NCBI GenBank assembly: GCA_947630795.1
Contig: CANRJC010000011.1
Location: 11,161-75,160 of the forward strand
From: an uncultured Phascolarctobacterium sp.
GTDB taxonomy: Bacteria; Bacillota; Negativicutes; Acidaminococcales; Acidaminococcaceae
DNA length: 64,000 bases
Reading direction: 5' to 3'
Part shown: positions 17,975-29,322 of the stretch, one piece after another
Position numbering within the stretch: position 1 is the first letter of the stretch
Layout: the number at the start of each line of letters is the position of its first letter
Made by a program: the position numbers and the translations under genes
The notes under the pieces: model-generated
Database searches by the model: none
The model's input: only the letters and a program-made list of their open reading frames with translations
What the model was told of the DNA's origin: nothing

Positions 17975-18712
17975 ATGACTGAAGGCAAACTGTGGGTAGT
18001 CGGGCTGGGGCCCGGCGGCATCGAACAAATGACCGCAAGAGCCTGCGCCGCTTTGCAAGAAGCGGACATCATCTGCGGCTATCATGTATATGTGGACCTT
18101 ATCAAAAACGATTTTCCCGGCAAGCGCTTCCTCAGCACCGGCATGACCAAGGAAGTTGAGCGCTGCCGTCTGGCTTTGCAGGAAGTGCTGAAAGGGCAGA
18201 AAGTGGCCGTCATCTCCAGCGGCGACGTGGGAGTGTACGGCATGGCCGGCATCATGTTGGAAGTGGCTGCGCCCTATCCCCACTTGGAGATAGAAGTGGT
18301 CCCCGGGGTAACAGCCGCCTGTTCCGGCGCCGCTCTTTTGGGAGCGCCCCTCATCAGCGACTTCTGCCTCATCAGCCTCTCCGACCTGCTCACCCCTTGG
18401 GAGAAGATAGAAAAACGGCTGAGCTGCGCCGCCGCCGGCGATTTTTGCATCGCCATCTACAACCCCGCTTCCCATAAACGCAAAGATCATTTGGCCAAGG
18501 CCTGCGCCATCCTTTTGCAGCATCAGGCACCCACCGTGCCCTGCGGCATCGTCCGCAACATCGGCAGAGCGGGGGAGGCTTGGGAGCTCACCACCTTAGG
18601 CGAACTGGGGAGCAAGACCGTCGATATGTTCGCCACCGTCATCATCGGCAACAGTCAAAGCAAAGTGATCAACGGCCGCATCGTCACTCCCAGAGGCTAC
18701 GATCTGGCATGA
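17975..18712 (+). CDS. cbiH: cobalt-precorrin-3B C17-methyltransferase
   Basis: LWVVGLGPGGIEQMT and SSGDVGVYGMAG methylase motifs. 245 aa. Confidence 0.88.
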   Translation: MTEGKLWVVGLGPGGIEQMTARACAALQEADIICGYHVYVDLIKNDFPGKRFLSTGMTKEVERCRLALQEVLKGQKVAVISSGDVGVYGMAGIMLEVAAPYPHLEIEVVPGVTAACSGAALLGAPLISDFCLISLSDLLTPWEKIEKRLSCAAAGDFCIAIYNPASHKRKDHLAKACAILLQHQAPTVPCGIVRNIGRAGEAWELTTLGELGSKTVDMFATVIIGNSQSKVINGRIVTPRGYDLA

Positions 18713-19470
18713 AAAAACTAGTCTATCTTTTGGGAGGGACCTCGGAAGCAAGAGCCCTCGCCGCCGCTCTAATGGATGAAGGCTATCGGGTGTTGCTCTC
18801 GGTGGCCACGGGCTACGGCGCCGCCTTGATGGAAAAAAGAGAAGGGCTGGAAGTTTTGGCCGCCAAGCTGGACCTTGCCGCCATGATAAAATTGCTGAAA
18901 GAGCGGCGGCCCCTGGCTGTGGCAGACGCCACTCATCCTTATGCCACCGAGGTGACGGCCACGGCCAAAGCGGCGGCAGCCGCAGTCGGTCTCCCGTATT
19001 TTCGCCTGCTCAGGCCCGAGGCTGCCGGCGGCGACTATATCACCGTAGCCGATTTTGCCGAAGCGGCAGAGCTCTTAGAGCAAACGGAAGGACCGATCTT
19101 TTTGACCACGGGCAGTAAAGATCTGGCCGCCTTCACCGCCGTAAAAGACTATTGCGAACGCATCGCTCTGCGCATTTTGCCTATGGCGGAAAGTTTGAAC
19201 AAGGCGCTGGCCTTGGGCTACGCTCCCGCCAACATCGTTTGCATGCAGGGGCCCTTCGACGAAGACTTGGACGCTGCCACTTTCGCCAAATACGGGGCCC
19301 GCTACGTGGTCACCAAGGACAGCGGCGAAGCGGGAGGTTTTTCCGCCAAAGCGAGAGCGGCCGTCCGAGTGGGGGCCCAGCTCATCGTCATCGGCCGCAA
19401 AGAGCGGGAAGAAGGTTCGTCCGTCTCGGAGCTGCTGGCCCGACTGAAGACCTTGAGCCGCGGCGAGTGA
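18709..19470 (+). CDS. cbiJ: cobalt-precorrin-6A reductase
   Basis: The internal ATG 18709 gives MKKLVYLLGGTSEARALA, typical of CbiJ/CobK, and overlaps the cbiH stop (ATGA). The track's upstream extension is Arg-rich and lies in a different frame within cbiH. Confidence 0.85.
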   Translation: MKKLVYLLGGTSEARALAAALMDEGYRVLLSVATGYGAALMEKREGLEVLAAKLDLAAMIKLLKERRPLAVADATHPYATEVTATAKAAAAAVGLPYFRLLRPEAAGGDYITVADFAEAAELLEQTEGPIFLTTGSKDLAAFTAVKDYCERIALRILPMAESLNKALALGYAPANIVCMQGPFDEDLDAATFAKYGARYVVTKDSGEAGGFSAKARAAVRVGAQLIVIGRKEREEGSSVSELLARLKTLSRGE

Positions 19471-19651
19471 ATTTTTTCAAAAGGCGCCCTCGAAAGAAAA
19501 ACACTTCGTTTGTAAATTTATTTTTTGAATGACGCCGTTCAAAACTCGCGGCGAAGACTTCATCGTAAAAACCGCAGATCAAACGCTGACACTTCATGAA
19601 AATGATCTTGCGCGAAAAGATCGCTACACCTGACGCAAGGAGGACGAGGCA

Positions 19652-20887
19652 ATGCTGCAAGTGAAGATCATCGGCATCGGGCCCGGCGACCCTCGGCTGC
19701 TGACTGCAGAGGCCAAAGAGGCCATAGCCGGCTGCACTATCTTGTGCGGCGACAAGAGGATGTTGGCAGCTTACGCCGCTTCTTCCGAAAAAACGTACGC
19801 CACCATCAAAACAGAGGAGATCAGGGCCGTGGCAGCGGCCGCCGACCCCGAGCGGGATGTTCTGGGCATTTTGGTCAGCGGCGACGTAGGCTTTTTCAGC
19901 TTGGCCAAAGTTTTGCGGGACCGCCTGTCCGGCTGTGAGTGCACCTTCATCTGCGGCATCTCCAGCTTGGTCTATTTTGCCGCCCGCCTGGGCCTTGCCT
20001 GGGACGATGCCCACATCATCAGCATGCACGGCCGCCGGCAGAATTTAGCGGCGGCTGTAGCCTCTCATCCAAAAGTTTTCGCTCTCACCGGCGGCGACAA
20101 CAACGCGGCCGTCCTCTGCCGCTCTTTGCACGAGCACGGCCTGGGCAACTGCTTGGTCTATGTCGGCGAGGACCTTTCTTATCCCACAGAGAAGTTCACT
20201 GTGGGCACGGCGGAAGAATTGGCGAAAAAAACTTTCGTCTCTTTGGCCGTGATGTTCATCATCAACCCCGAGCCTATGGTGCGGCCGCCTCTTTTCGGCC
20301 TGCCGGACGAACTTTTTCTGCGGGGCAAGGCACCCATGACCAAGCAGGAAGTGCGCTGTGTGGCTATGAGCAAATTGGCTCCCGCTCTCGACGACATCAT
20401 CTACGATATAGGAGCGGGCACCGGCTCCTGTTCCGTGGAATTGGCGCGGCTGGCTCCTTTGGGCCGGGTCTATGCTTTGGAGAGGAAGCCCGAGGCATTG
20501 GAGCTTTTGGAAAAAAACAAACAGCGCTTCGGTCTCGCCAATCTTACTTTGGTCCCGGGGGAAGCTCTGGACAATCTGCCTCGTTTGCTGCAAGAGGCGG
20601 CTCCTCAAGCTGTCTTCATCGGCGGCAGCGGCGGCGGCTTGGAGAAGATGCTGGACCTCATCTATGAGGCTGCTCCCGCCTGCCGCATCGTGGTGACAGC
20701 TATCACCGTGGAGACTTTGGCTCAGGTGAGCGCCTATTGCCAGAAGAGACCGCAGTTGGAGCTCGACCTGGTGCAATTGGCCGCCGCCCGGGGACAGCTG
20801 GCCGGAGGCTATCACCTTTTGAAGGCGGAGAACCCCGTCTTCATCATGACTTTGCAGCTGCGGCAGGAGAGAAGAAAAAATGTCTGA
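19652..20887 (+). CDS. cbiET: fused precorrin-6Y C5,15-methyltransferase (decarboxylating), CbiE+CbiT
   Basis: The N-terminal half is a tetrapyrrole methylase (IIGIGPGDPRLLT). The C-terminal half is a SAM-MTase (IYDIGAGTGSCSVE). 411 aa. Confidence 0.88.
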   Translation: MLQVKIIGIGPGDPRLLTAEAKEAIAGCTILCGDKRMLAAYAASSEKTYATIKTEEIRAVAAAADPERDVLGILVSGDVGFFSLAKVLRDRLSGCECTFICGISSLVYFAARLGLAWDDAHIISMHGRRQNLAAAVASHPKVFALTGGDNNAAVLCRSLHEHGLGNCLVYVGEDLSYPTEKFTVGTAEELAKKTFVSLAVMFIINPEPMVRPPLFGLPDELFLRGKAPMTKQEVRCVAMSKLAPALDDIIYDIGAGTGSCSVELARLAPLGRVYALERKPEALELLEKNKQRFGLANLTLVPGEALDNLPRLLQEAAPQAVFIGGSGGGLEKMLDLIYEAAPACRIVVTAITVETLAQVSAYCQKRPQLELDLVQLAAARGQLAGGYHLLKAENPVFIMTLQLRQERRKNV

Positions 20888-22247
20888 AGCGATCTTGCCT
20901 CGTTTTCTCATCGCCGCCCCCGGCAGCAGCAGCGGCAAGACCACCGTGGTGTGCGCTTTATTGCAAGCTTTAGGCTCGGCCGGCCTGCAGACCGCGGCGT
21001 TCAAGTCGGGCCCCGACTACATCGACCCCATGTTCCACAGCCGAGTGTGCGGCGCCAAGTCCCGCAACTTGGATCTTTACATGTTGGGAGAAGAGACCGT
21101 CCGCTATCTGCTGGCAGAAAACGGCAGGGGAGCGGACGTGGCGGTGCTGGAAGGAGCCATGGGCTACTACGACGGCATCGGCCAAAGCAGCGAAGCTTCC
21201 GCCTACGACTTGGCCCGCTGCACCAAAACGCCGGTGATCTTGATCGTGAACGGCAAGGGCGCGGCTCTTTCTTTGGCCGCTTTGCTGCAGGGTTTCAAAA
21301 ACTACAAAAAAGACAGCTTCATAGCGGGGGCCATCCTGAACAACGTGCAGCCTTCCGTCTATGCTTTTTATAAAGAAGTTTTGGAAAAAGAGAGCGGCGT
21401 GAAACTGCTGGGCTATTTGCCGCCGCTGCCCGAAGAGTGCCGCTTCGGCAGCCGTCATTTGGGCTTGGTGACTGCAGAAGAGATAGCCGATCTGCAGGCC
21501 ATCGCCCGGCGTTTGGGCGAAGAAGCGCAACGGAGCATCGATCTGGAGAGCCTTTTGGCCATAGCGAAAGGGGCAGAAGCTCTTTCTTACGAAGAGCCCG
21601 ACCTTCGCCCCCTGGGCTCCTGCACCGTCGCCGTTGCCCGCGATGTGGCCTTTTCCTTTTACTATCAGGATGCGCTGGACCTTTTGACGAAATTGGGAGC
21701 GGAGCTTGCGCCCTTCAGTCCTTTGGGGGATAGAGCCCTGCCCGCCGGTTGTTCCGGCCTCGTATTGGGCGGCGGTTATCCCGAATTATATGCGGCTCGG
21801 TTAGCCGCAAACAAAACTTTGCTTGCGGACATCAAAGCAAAGATAGAGGGCGGCCTGCCCACCTTCGCCGAATGCGGCGGCTTCATGTATCTGCAGCAGG
21901 GCTTTTATGGCGACGAAGGCTTCTTCCCCTGGGTGGGGCTCTTGCCGGGAGAAGTGCGCCTCACCGACAGTTTGAAGCGCTTCGGTTATGTGGAATTGGA
22001 AGCCCAAGAGGGCGGTCTCTTGTGCCGAGCGGGGGACCGTATCCGCGGCCACGAGTTCCACTACAGCGACAGCGAAGCCACCGGCTCTTCCTTCATCGCC
22101 CGTAAAGCCGGAGGAAAGAGGCAGTGGCCCTGCTGTTATCACACCGAAAATCTTTATGCCGGTTATCCTCACATCCATCTGTGGAGCAACACGGTATTTG
22201 CGGAAAATTTCATCGCTGCCTGCCTGACCTACAAAGGCCGACGCTGA
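20880..22247 (+). CDS. cbiA: cobyrinate a,c-diamide synthase
   Basis: IAAPGSSSGKTTVVCAL P-loop. C-terminal glutamine amidotransferase domain (AECGGFMYL). 455 aa. Confidence 0.9.
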   Translation: MSEAILPRFLIAAPGSSSGKTTVVCALLQALGSAGLQTAAFKSGPDYIDPMFHSRVCGAKSRNLDLYMLGEETVRYLLAENGRGADVAVLEGAMGYYDGIGQSSEASAYDLARCTKTPVILIVNGKGAALSLAALLQGFKNYKKDSFIAGAILNNVQPSVYAFYKEVLEKESGVKLLGYLPPLPEECRFGSRHLGLVTAEEIADLQAIARRLGEEAQRSIDLESLLAIAKGAEALSYEEPDLRPLGSCTVAVARDVAFSFYYQDALDLLTKLGAELAPFSPLGDRALPAGCSGLVLGGGYPELYAARLAANKTLLADIKAKIEGGLPTFAECGGFMYLQQGFYGDEGFFPWVGLLPGEVRLTDSLKRFGYVELEAQEGGLLCRAGDRIRGHEFHYSDSEATGSSFIARKAGGKRQWPCCYHTENLYAGYPHIHLWSNTVFAENFIAACLTYKGRR

Positions 22248-22268
22248 CAGTGGGGGAGCTGGTGCGTT

Positions 22269-23234
22269 ATGGAGCATATCTTGGCCCTGACCTTGGGCTA
22301 TGTTTTGGATCTGCTGCTGGGAGACCCTCTGTGGCTCCCTCACCCGATAGTGCTCATCGGCAAGCTCATCGCCGCCTTGGAAAAAAGACTGCGGCTGCCC
22401 TTCAAAGGCAACGACGTGGCCTTGCTCTACAGCGGCGCTCTCTTGGTCTTCACGGTGTGCTGCTGCACCTTCTTCGTGCCGTGGCTGCTGCTGTACGGAG
22501 CGGGCCTCGTCCATCCTTATCTGCGGACGGCGCTGGAGACTTGGTTCTGCTATCAGATCTTGGCCACGAAATGTTTGAGCGATAACGCCGAAGACGTGGC
22601 CGCCGCTTTGCGGGACGGCACTTTGGCAGAAGCCCGCACCAAAGTGGGCTGCATCGTGGGCCGTGACACGCGAGGCTTGAGCAGAGAAGAGGTCATCAAA
22701 GCTACGGTGGAAACGGTGGCGGAAAATACTTCCGACGGAGTTGTGGCTCCTCTTTTTTACATGTTCATCGGGGGCGCGCCTTTGGCCTTTCTCTATAAAG
22801 GCATCAACACCATGGACAGCATGATCGGCTACAGGACAGAGCAATACCTTTATTTCGGCCGCTGCGCCGCCCGTTTGGACGATGCGGTGAATCTGCTGCC
22901 GGCCCGTCTCAGCGCTCTTTTGATGATCGCGGCCTCCTTTTTCTGCGGCCTCGATGCGAAAAGAGCTTGGCGCATTTTCAAAAGAGACCGCTATAAGCAC
23001 CTCAGCCCCAATTCGGCCATGACCGAGAGCGTGGCGGCGGGAGCTTTGGGCCTGCGTCTGGGAGGCGACCACTTCTATTTCGGGCAATTGATCCATAAAG
23101 AGACCATCGGCGACGCCCTCTGCTCCCCGGCGGTGGAGCATATCGAAGCGAGCAGGAAGCTCCTTTACGCCACGAGCCTTTTGGCTTTGCTCTGCGGTCT
23201 CGCACTGTGGGCTCTTTGGACCAGCGTCTTATAG
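22269..23234 (+). CDS. cbiB: adenosylcobinamide-phosphate synthase
   Basis: Membrane protein with LGDPLWLPHPIVLIGK and ENTSDGVVAPLFY, typical of CbiB/CobD. Confidence 0.9.
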   Translation: MEHILALTLGYVLDLLLGDPLWLPHPIVLIGKLIAALEKRLRLPFKGNDVALLYSGALLVFTVCCCTFFVPWLLLYGAGLVHPYLRTALETWFCYQILATKCLSDNAEDVAAALRDGTLAEARTKVGCIVGRDTRGLSREEVIKATVETVAENTSDGVVAPLFYMFIGGAPLAFLYKGINTMDSMIGYRTEQYLYFGRCAARLDDAVNLLPARLSALLMIAASFFCGLDAKRAWRIFKRDRYKHLSPNSAMTESVAAGALGLRLGGDHFYFGQLIHKETIGDALCSPAVEHIEASRKLLYATSLLALLCGLALWALWTSVL

Positions 23235-23295
23235 TTTGATGCGGAGCTCGAAGCCTGCAAGGCCGGGCTCATAAAAGCAAGAGGAGAGAAAAAGC

Positions 23296-24390
23296 ATGAT
23301 CTTCTACGGTCACGGCGGCGATATCTACGACCCGGCCCTGGGGGGAAAGGTGCTGGACTTTTCCGCCAACATCAATCCTCTCGGCCTGCCCAAGGGAGCG
23401 AAGAAGGCTTTGCTGGAGGGGGTGCAGGCTTTCGAACGCTATCCCGATCCCTACTGCCGCCGATTGACGGCGGTCTTGGCGAAACACTTAGGTGTTGAGC
23501 AAGACTTCATTCTCTTCGGCAACGGAGCGGCCGATCTCCTGTACCGTTTGGCCCAGCTGCTGCGGCCCGCAACGGCCCTTCTTTTGGCCCCGGGCTTTTG
23601 CGATTACGCCCGCTCTTTGGAGAGCGTAGGCTGCAAGATCAAGTATCATTATCTTGCGGAGGCGAAGGATCTTCGTCTCGAAAGGGATATCTTGCCGAAG
23701 ATAAACACCGGGACGAAGATCGTTTATCTGTGCAATCCCAATAACCCCACGGGGCAGCTGGTCGATAGAACTTTGTTGACGGAGATCTTGGGGCGCTGCG
23801 AAGCCAAAGGCGCCTATCTGCTGCTGGACGAATGCTTCATGGACTTGGTGGACCCGAAGGAAGCCTACAGTTTGAAAGACGAATTGGCCGCTCATCCCCG
23901 CCTCCTCATCCTGAAAGCCTTCACCAAGACTTACGCCATGGCGGGCCTGCGCTTGGGGTATCTCCTCTGTTCCGATGCGGCCCTCATGGATAGGCTGCGG
24001 CAGCAGGCTCAGGCCTGGTCTGTTTCCGGCCCCGCTCAGGCGGCGGGGGCCGCCGCTTTAGAAGAGCAGGGTTATTTGGAAAAAACTCACGCTCTTTTGG
24101 CGGGAGAACGCAGTTATATGCGCTCCCGTTTGGCCCGCATGGGCTTGAAAGTTTACGGCTCTGCCGCCAACTACGTCTTTTTCCGCCTGCCGGTGCCTTT
24201 CGACCTGAAGGCGGGGCTGCTGAAACGGGGCATTTTGGTGCGCAGCTGCGCCGATTATCCCGGCTTGGACCAGCGTTATTATCGAGTGGCCGTGAAAAAA
24301 AGGAAAGACGGGCAACGGCTGCTGAAAGCCATCGAGGATTGTTTGCAAGATGCCATCGCTGCTATTGTTGATCGACGGACTGGGGGATGA
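23296..24390 (+). CDS. cobD: threonine-phosphate decarboxylase (PLP, aminotransferase class I/II fold)
   Basis: HGGDIY N-terminus, NPNNPTG, and KAFTKTYAMAGLRLGY (PLP lysine region). Position next to cbiB. Confidence 0.85.
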   Translation: MIFYGHGGDIYDPALGGKVLDFSANINPLGLPKGAKKALLEGVQAFERYPDPYCRRLTAVLAKHLGVEQDFILFGNGAADLLYRLAQLLRPATALLLAPGFCDYARSLESVGCKIKYHYLAEAKDLRLERDILPKINTGTKIVYLCNPNNPTGQLVDRTLLTEILGRCEAKGAYLLLDECFMDLVDPKEAYSLKDELAAHPRLLILKAFTKTYAMAGLRLGYLLCSDAALMDRLRQQAQAWSVSGPAQAAGAAALEEQGYLEKTHALLAGERSYMRSRLARMGLKVYGSAANYVFFRLPVPFDLKAGLLKRGILVRSCADYPGLDQRYYRVAVKKRKDGQRLLKAIEDCLQDAIAAIVDRRTGG

Positions 24391-25481
24391 GCCCCTGGCG
24401 TATTTAAACGACAAAACTCCTTTTGAAGCAGCTTCTCACCCGCTTTTCGACAAAGTGGGCGAGCAGTGCTCTTCAAGTTGCTCTGTTTGCGAAGATGACT
24501 TGGTGCCGGAGAGCGCAGGCTGCATCGGCCGTCTTTTGGGCCTGCCGAAAGAGGCTTTGCCCCGCAATCGAGCCTATTTGGAGATGCTGGCCCGGGGCTG
24601 GGACATAGCCGACGATCAGCAGGTGTGGCGCTGCAATTTAGTGGCCGTAGACGAAGAGGGGCGCTTGGCCGCCTTCAACGGCCGGGGCCTCAGCACCGTA
24701 GAGATGGCCGCCGCCGCCCGCAGCTGTTTTCATTTGGACGAAGCGTTCATCTTCGTCTTTCTTTCCGAATACCGCAACCTTTTGGTGGTGCAGCGGCAAA
24801 AAAACGGGGGAGGGCCCTTCGTTCCTCCTCCTCACGAACACGTGGGGGAAAAGATGGACGAACTGCTGGCGCCTTTAAGAGAGGGCTCGCCGGCACTGGC
24901 AGCTTTTTTGCAAAAGGCAAAAGAGAGGCTGCTGCCTTTCGCCCGGGGCGGCTGTCATTACGCTCTCTACCCGTGGGGGCTAAGCGTTAAGCAGAGCCTG
25001 CCGAGTTTTTCTTCGTTGAACGAAGGACGGCGAGGCGCCTTGGTGGGGAAGGCGGAGATAGTGCTGGGCCTGGCCAAGGCCATGGGCATGGAAGTGCGGG
25101 AACCCAGCACCGCCACCGGCGATGTGGACACCGACATTTTCGCCAAAGCTCGGGCCGCGGCAGACCTGTTAGCTTCCTACGATGTGGTGGTGGCCCACTT
25201 CAACGGCGGCGACGAAGCGGCTCACCGTTTGGACGGCAGGGCCAAGGCCGCCTTCATCAGCCAGATCGACAGCGAATTTTTGGCTTACGCGATGACGAAA
25301 TTCCGCAAACCTTTTCGCATCGTGGTGTGCGGCGACCACGTGACCAGTTCCCGCACGGGCAAGCACGGGGCGGGCCCGGTGCCGGTGCTGGCGGGAGTGC
25401 TGAACGGACCGCCGCTGCCCGCTTTTCGTTTGGCTTCTTATCGAGATATCCGAGCTTTTTTGTTGGAGGAGGAAGGGAAGA

Positions 25482-25489
<8 letters not shown>
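24350..25489 (+). CDS. ApgM-like metalloenzyme (cofactor-independent phosphoglycerate mutase family) embedded in the cob cluster
   Basis: N-terminus [12 protein letters not shown] and C-terminal [21 protein letters not shown] resemble archaeal-type iPGM / alkaline-phosphatase-superfamily phosphotransferases. It overlaps cobD by 41 nt and cobQ by 8 nt. Confidence 0.7.
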
Positions 25490-27017
<1,528 letters not shown>

Positions 27018-27020
27018 AAA

Positions 27021-27551
27021 ATGCAGGGGCTCGGTCTTTTGCACATCTATCACGGCAACGGCAAGGGGAAGACCACCGCCGCTTTGGGCTTGGCCCTGCG
27101 CTGCGCGGGACGGGGCGGCAGAGTGCTCATCGCTCAATTTTTGAAGGGACAGCCCAGCGGCGAATTGAAAACTTTGGCCCTCATCCCCAACATCAAGATA
27201 CTGCGGGCCAAAGAGGCGACGAAATTCACTTTTCAAATGACGCCGGAAGAACTGGTCGCCGTGAAAGAGCGGCACAGCGCCCTTTTAAAAGAGATAGCAA
27301 AAGAATTGCAAGAGGGAAACATAGATCTTTTGATCTTGGACGAAGCCTTGGGAGCTTTGCAAACGGGGCTTTTGGACAAGGAGGAGCTTTTGGACTTGCT
27401 GGACACTCGGCCGCAAGAGACAGAGGCGGTCCTCACCGGCCGCGACCCCAGCCCCCAATTGCTGGAGAGGGCCGATTATGTTTCCGAAATAGTGAAAAGA
27501 AAACACCCCTTCGATAAAGGGGTGCCGGCCCGCATAGGGATAGAACGCTGA
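27021..27551 (+). CDS. cobO: cob(I)yrinic acid a,c-diamide adenosyltransferase (CobA/CobO/BtuR type)
   Basis: HIYHGNGKGKTTAALGLALR P-loop and LDE motifs. 176 aa. Confidence 0.9.
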   Translation: MQGLGLLHIYHGNGKGKTTAALGLALRCAGRGGRVLIAQFLKGQPSGELKTLALIPNIKILRAKEATKFTFQMTPEELVAVKERHSALLKEIAKELQEGNIDLLILDEALGALQTGLLDKEELLDLLDTRPQETEAVLTGRDPSPQLLERADYVSEIVKRKHPFDKGVPARIGIER

Positions 27552-27579
27552 AAAGGCGCAGAAAAGAGGAGGAAGAAAG

Positions 27580-28209
27580 ATGCGATTGGCACAGGTTTTG
27601 CCCCAAGACATAGAGAAGCGCAGCATGGAGATCATCGGCGAAGAGCTGGGACAGCTGGTCATCCCCGCCGAGAGAGCGGACATCGTGAAAAGAGTGATCC
27701 ACACTTCGGCGGACTTCGACTACGCCCGCACCCTCATCTTCAGCGATGATGCTGTGGAAAAAGGACTGGCCGCTTTGAAGCAGGGAGCCACCATCGTCAC
27801 CGACACCAATATGGCCGCCACCGGCATCAACAAGGGCGCTCTCGCCAAGTTGGGCTGCAAGGCTCTGTGCTTCATGGCAGATGAAGACGTGGCCCAAAGA
27901 GCCAAAGAGGCGGGCAGCACCCGAGCCGCCGCCTGCATGGAGAAGGCAGCTGCTCTCGCCGGTCCCCTCATCATCGCCGTGGGCAATGCGCCTACCGCCT
28001 TGGTGCGCTTGCACGAATTGATCAAAGAAGGAAAGATCGCGCCGGCCCTTATCATCGGCGTGCCAGTGGGCTTCGTGAACGTGGTGGAGGCCAAAGAGCT
28101 CATCATGACCGGCGGCGTGCCCTTCATCGTGGCGAGAGGCCGCAAAGGCGGCAGCAACGTGGCCGCGGCCATCTGCAACGCTCTTCTTTATAAATTGACG
28201 AGAAAGTGA
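27580..28209 (+). CDS. cbiC: cobalt-precorrin-8 methylmutase
   Basis: VIHTSADFDY and IAVGNAPTAL motifs typical of CbiC/CobH. 209 aa. Confidence 0.9.
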   Translation: MRLAQVLPQDIEKRSMEIIGEELGQLVIPAERADIVKRVIHTSADFDYARTLIFSDDAVEKGLAALKQGATIVTDTNMAATGINKGALAKLGCKALCFMADEDVAQRAKEAGSTRAAACMEKAAALAGPLIIAVGNAPTALVRLHELIKEGKIAPALIIGVPVGFVNVVEAKELIMTGGVPFIVARGRKGGSNVAAAICNALLYKLTRK

Positions 28210-28270
28210 GAAAATATTTTGCCTTTTTCCGAAAGCTCCGAGGGGGAACGGCCCGGCTTTCCTCATCGTC

Positions 28271-28298
28271 GCCCCTGCCTTGCGGCCGGGGCTTTTTT
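28271..28298 (+). terminator. intrinsic terminator at the end of the cob operon
   Basis: GCCCCTGCC-TTGC-GGCCGGGGC followed by TTTTTT. A 2-unit heptamer array (28302-28315) follows. Confidence 0.7.
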
Positions 28299-28439
28299 AG
28301 TGTGGAGTGAGGAGTTGGCGGGCTTCTTGTATATATACATAGGAAGAAAAAGAAGAAAGCGAGAGGGCGGTGCAAGCTTCTTGCCGACGATCGCTTCACA
28401 CTGTCCCCAAAGCCGCTGCTCCTTTATTTTACACGGTGA

Positions 28440-28500
28440 GTGTGATAGAATATATTTGCCTGAAAAAGCAGGCGTTGCGAAGGCCTGCTGTTTTTTCGAA
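28440..28500 (+). promoter_or_regulatory. extended -10 promoter plus a terminator-like leader hairpin upstream of mtnP
   Basis: TGATAGAAT (TGn + TAGAAT). Downstream are two mutually exclusive hairpins, GCCTG-AAAAA-CAGGC and AGCAGGC-N9-GCCTGCT followed by TTTTTT, immediately before the mtnP RBS. Confidence 0.4.
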
Positions 28501-28519
28501 AAGATCAAGGAGGTCAGCC

Positions 28520-29314
28520 ATGCGCAAATTGGCCATCATCGGCGGCACCGGAGTAGAGGACCCGCAGAAATTTCCCGACTTCGAGAGCCGCACTATCGTC
28601 ACTCCCTACGGCGAGGCCGCTTACAAGATAGGCGAAAGAAACGGCGCTCAAGTTGTTTTTCTGAGCCGCCACGGCACCGCCCACAGCGTGGCCCCGCACA
28701 AAGTGAACTATCGGGCCAACATTTGGGCCCTCAAAAAATTGGGCACGGAAGAAGTGCTGGCCACCACCGCCGTAGGCAGCCTCAATAGGGCCATCACCGC
28801 CGGGCAGTTGGTGATCTGCAGCGACGTGCTGGACTTTACCAAAAGCAGGTGCAGCACTTTTTACGACAGCCCCGAGCGGGGAGTGGTGCACGTGGACTTC
28901 ACTTCTCCCTATTGTCCCCGGCTGCGGGCCCACCTGCACAAATTGCTGACGAAGCTGGGCATCGAGCACAGCGCGAGCGGCGTTTACGTGTGCACGGAAG
29001 GGCCGCGTTTTGAGAGCCCGGCGGAAATAAAAATGTTCGCTAAGTTGGGCGGCGACGTGGTGGGCATGACCAATATGCCGGAAGCGGTGCTGGCCCGTGA
29101 GGCGGAGCTCTGCTACGTCAATTGCAGCATCGTCACCAACATGGCGGCTGGCATCTCGCCTACGCCCCTCAGCCACAGCGAAGTGGTGGCGGCCATGAGC
29201 GAGAGCATCGAAAAGACGGGCCGCCTCATCGACGCCTTCATCGAAGAAGCGCCGCCGGCCGAAGGTTGCTCTTGCGCCTCTGCTCTTGCCGAATTCGGCG
29301 GCTTTAAATTGTAG
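28520..29314 (+). CDS. mtnP: S-methyl-5'-thioadenosine phosphorylase
   Basis: The internal ATG with an AAGGAGG RBS gives MRKLAIIGGTG. FLSRHG...H and NYRANIWALKKLG motifs of the MTAP/PNP family are present. The track's longer N-terminus spans the promoter and leader. Confidence 0.88.
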   Translation: MRKLAIIGGTGVEDPQKFPDFESRTIVTPYGEAAYKIGERNGAQVVFLSRHGTAHSVAPHKVNYRANIWALKKLGTEEVLATTAVGSLNRAITAGQLVICSDVLDFTKSRCSTFYDSPERGVVHVDFTSPYCPRLRAHLHKLLTKLGIEHSASGVYVCTEGPRFESPAEIKMFAKLGGDVVGMTNMPEAVLAREAELCYVNCSIVTNMAAGISPTPLSHSEVVAAMSESIEKTGRLIDAFIEEAPPAEGCSCASALAEFGGFKL

Positions 29315-29322
29315 GAGCTTTT

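Noticed and set aside
18580-18708. N-terminal extension of cbiJ in the track (start 18580).
   Set aside because: The extension lies inside cbiH in another frame and is Arg/His-rich. The CbiJ-like N-terminus MKKLVYLLGGTSEA starts at 18709, with the ATGA overlap typical of this operon.
19471-19651. Second cobalamin riboswitch in the 180-bp gap between cbiJ and cbiET.
   Set aside because: The gap is AT-rich and lacks a B12 box, GCCACTG-like or GGGAA core elements. It is more likely an internal promoter or spacer.
28219-28519. Upstream in-frame extensions of mtnP in the track (28219-28788 and 28370-29314).
   Set aside because: The extensions cross the cob operon terminator, a heptamer repeat and a promoter. 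The MTAP-like sequence and a strong AAGGAGG RBS begin at ATG 28520.
28300-28519. SAM (S-box) riboswitch or T-box expected upstream of a methionine-salvage-type operon.
   Set aside because: I read both strands and found none of the conserved S-box or T-box core sequences, and the promoter-to-ATG distance is too short. Only a small hairpin/terminator leader is present, which I reported separately at low confidence.
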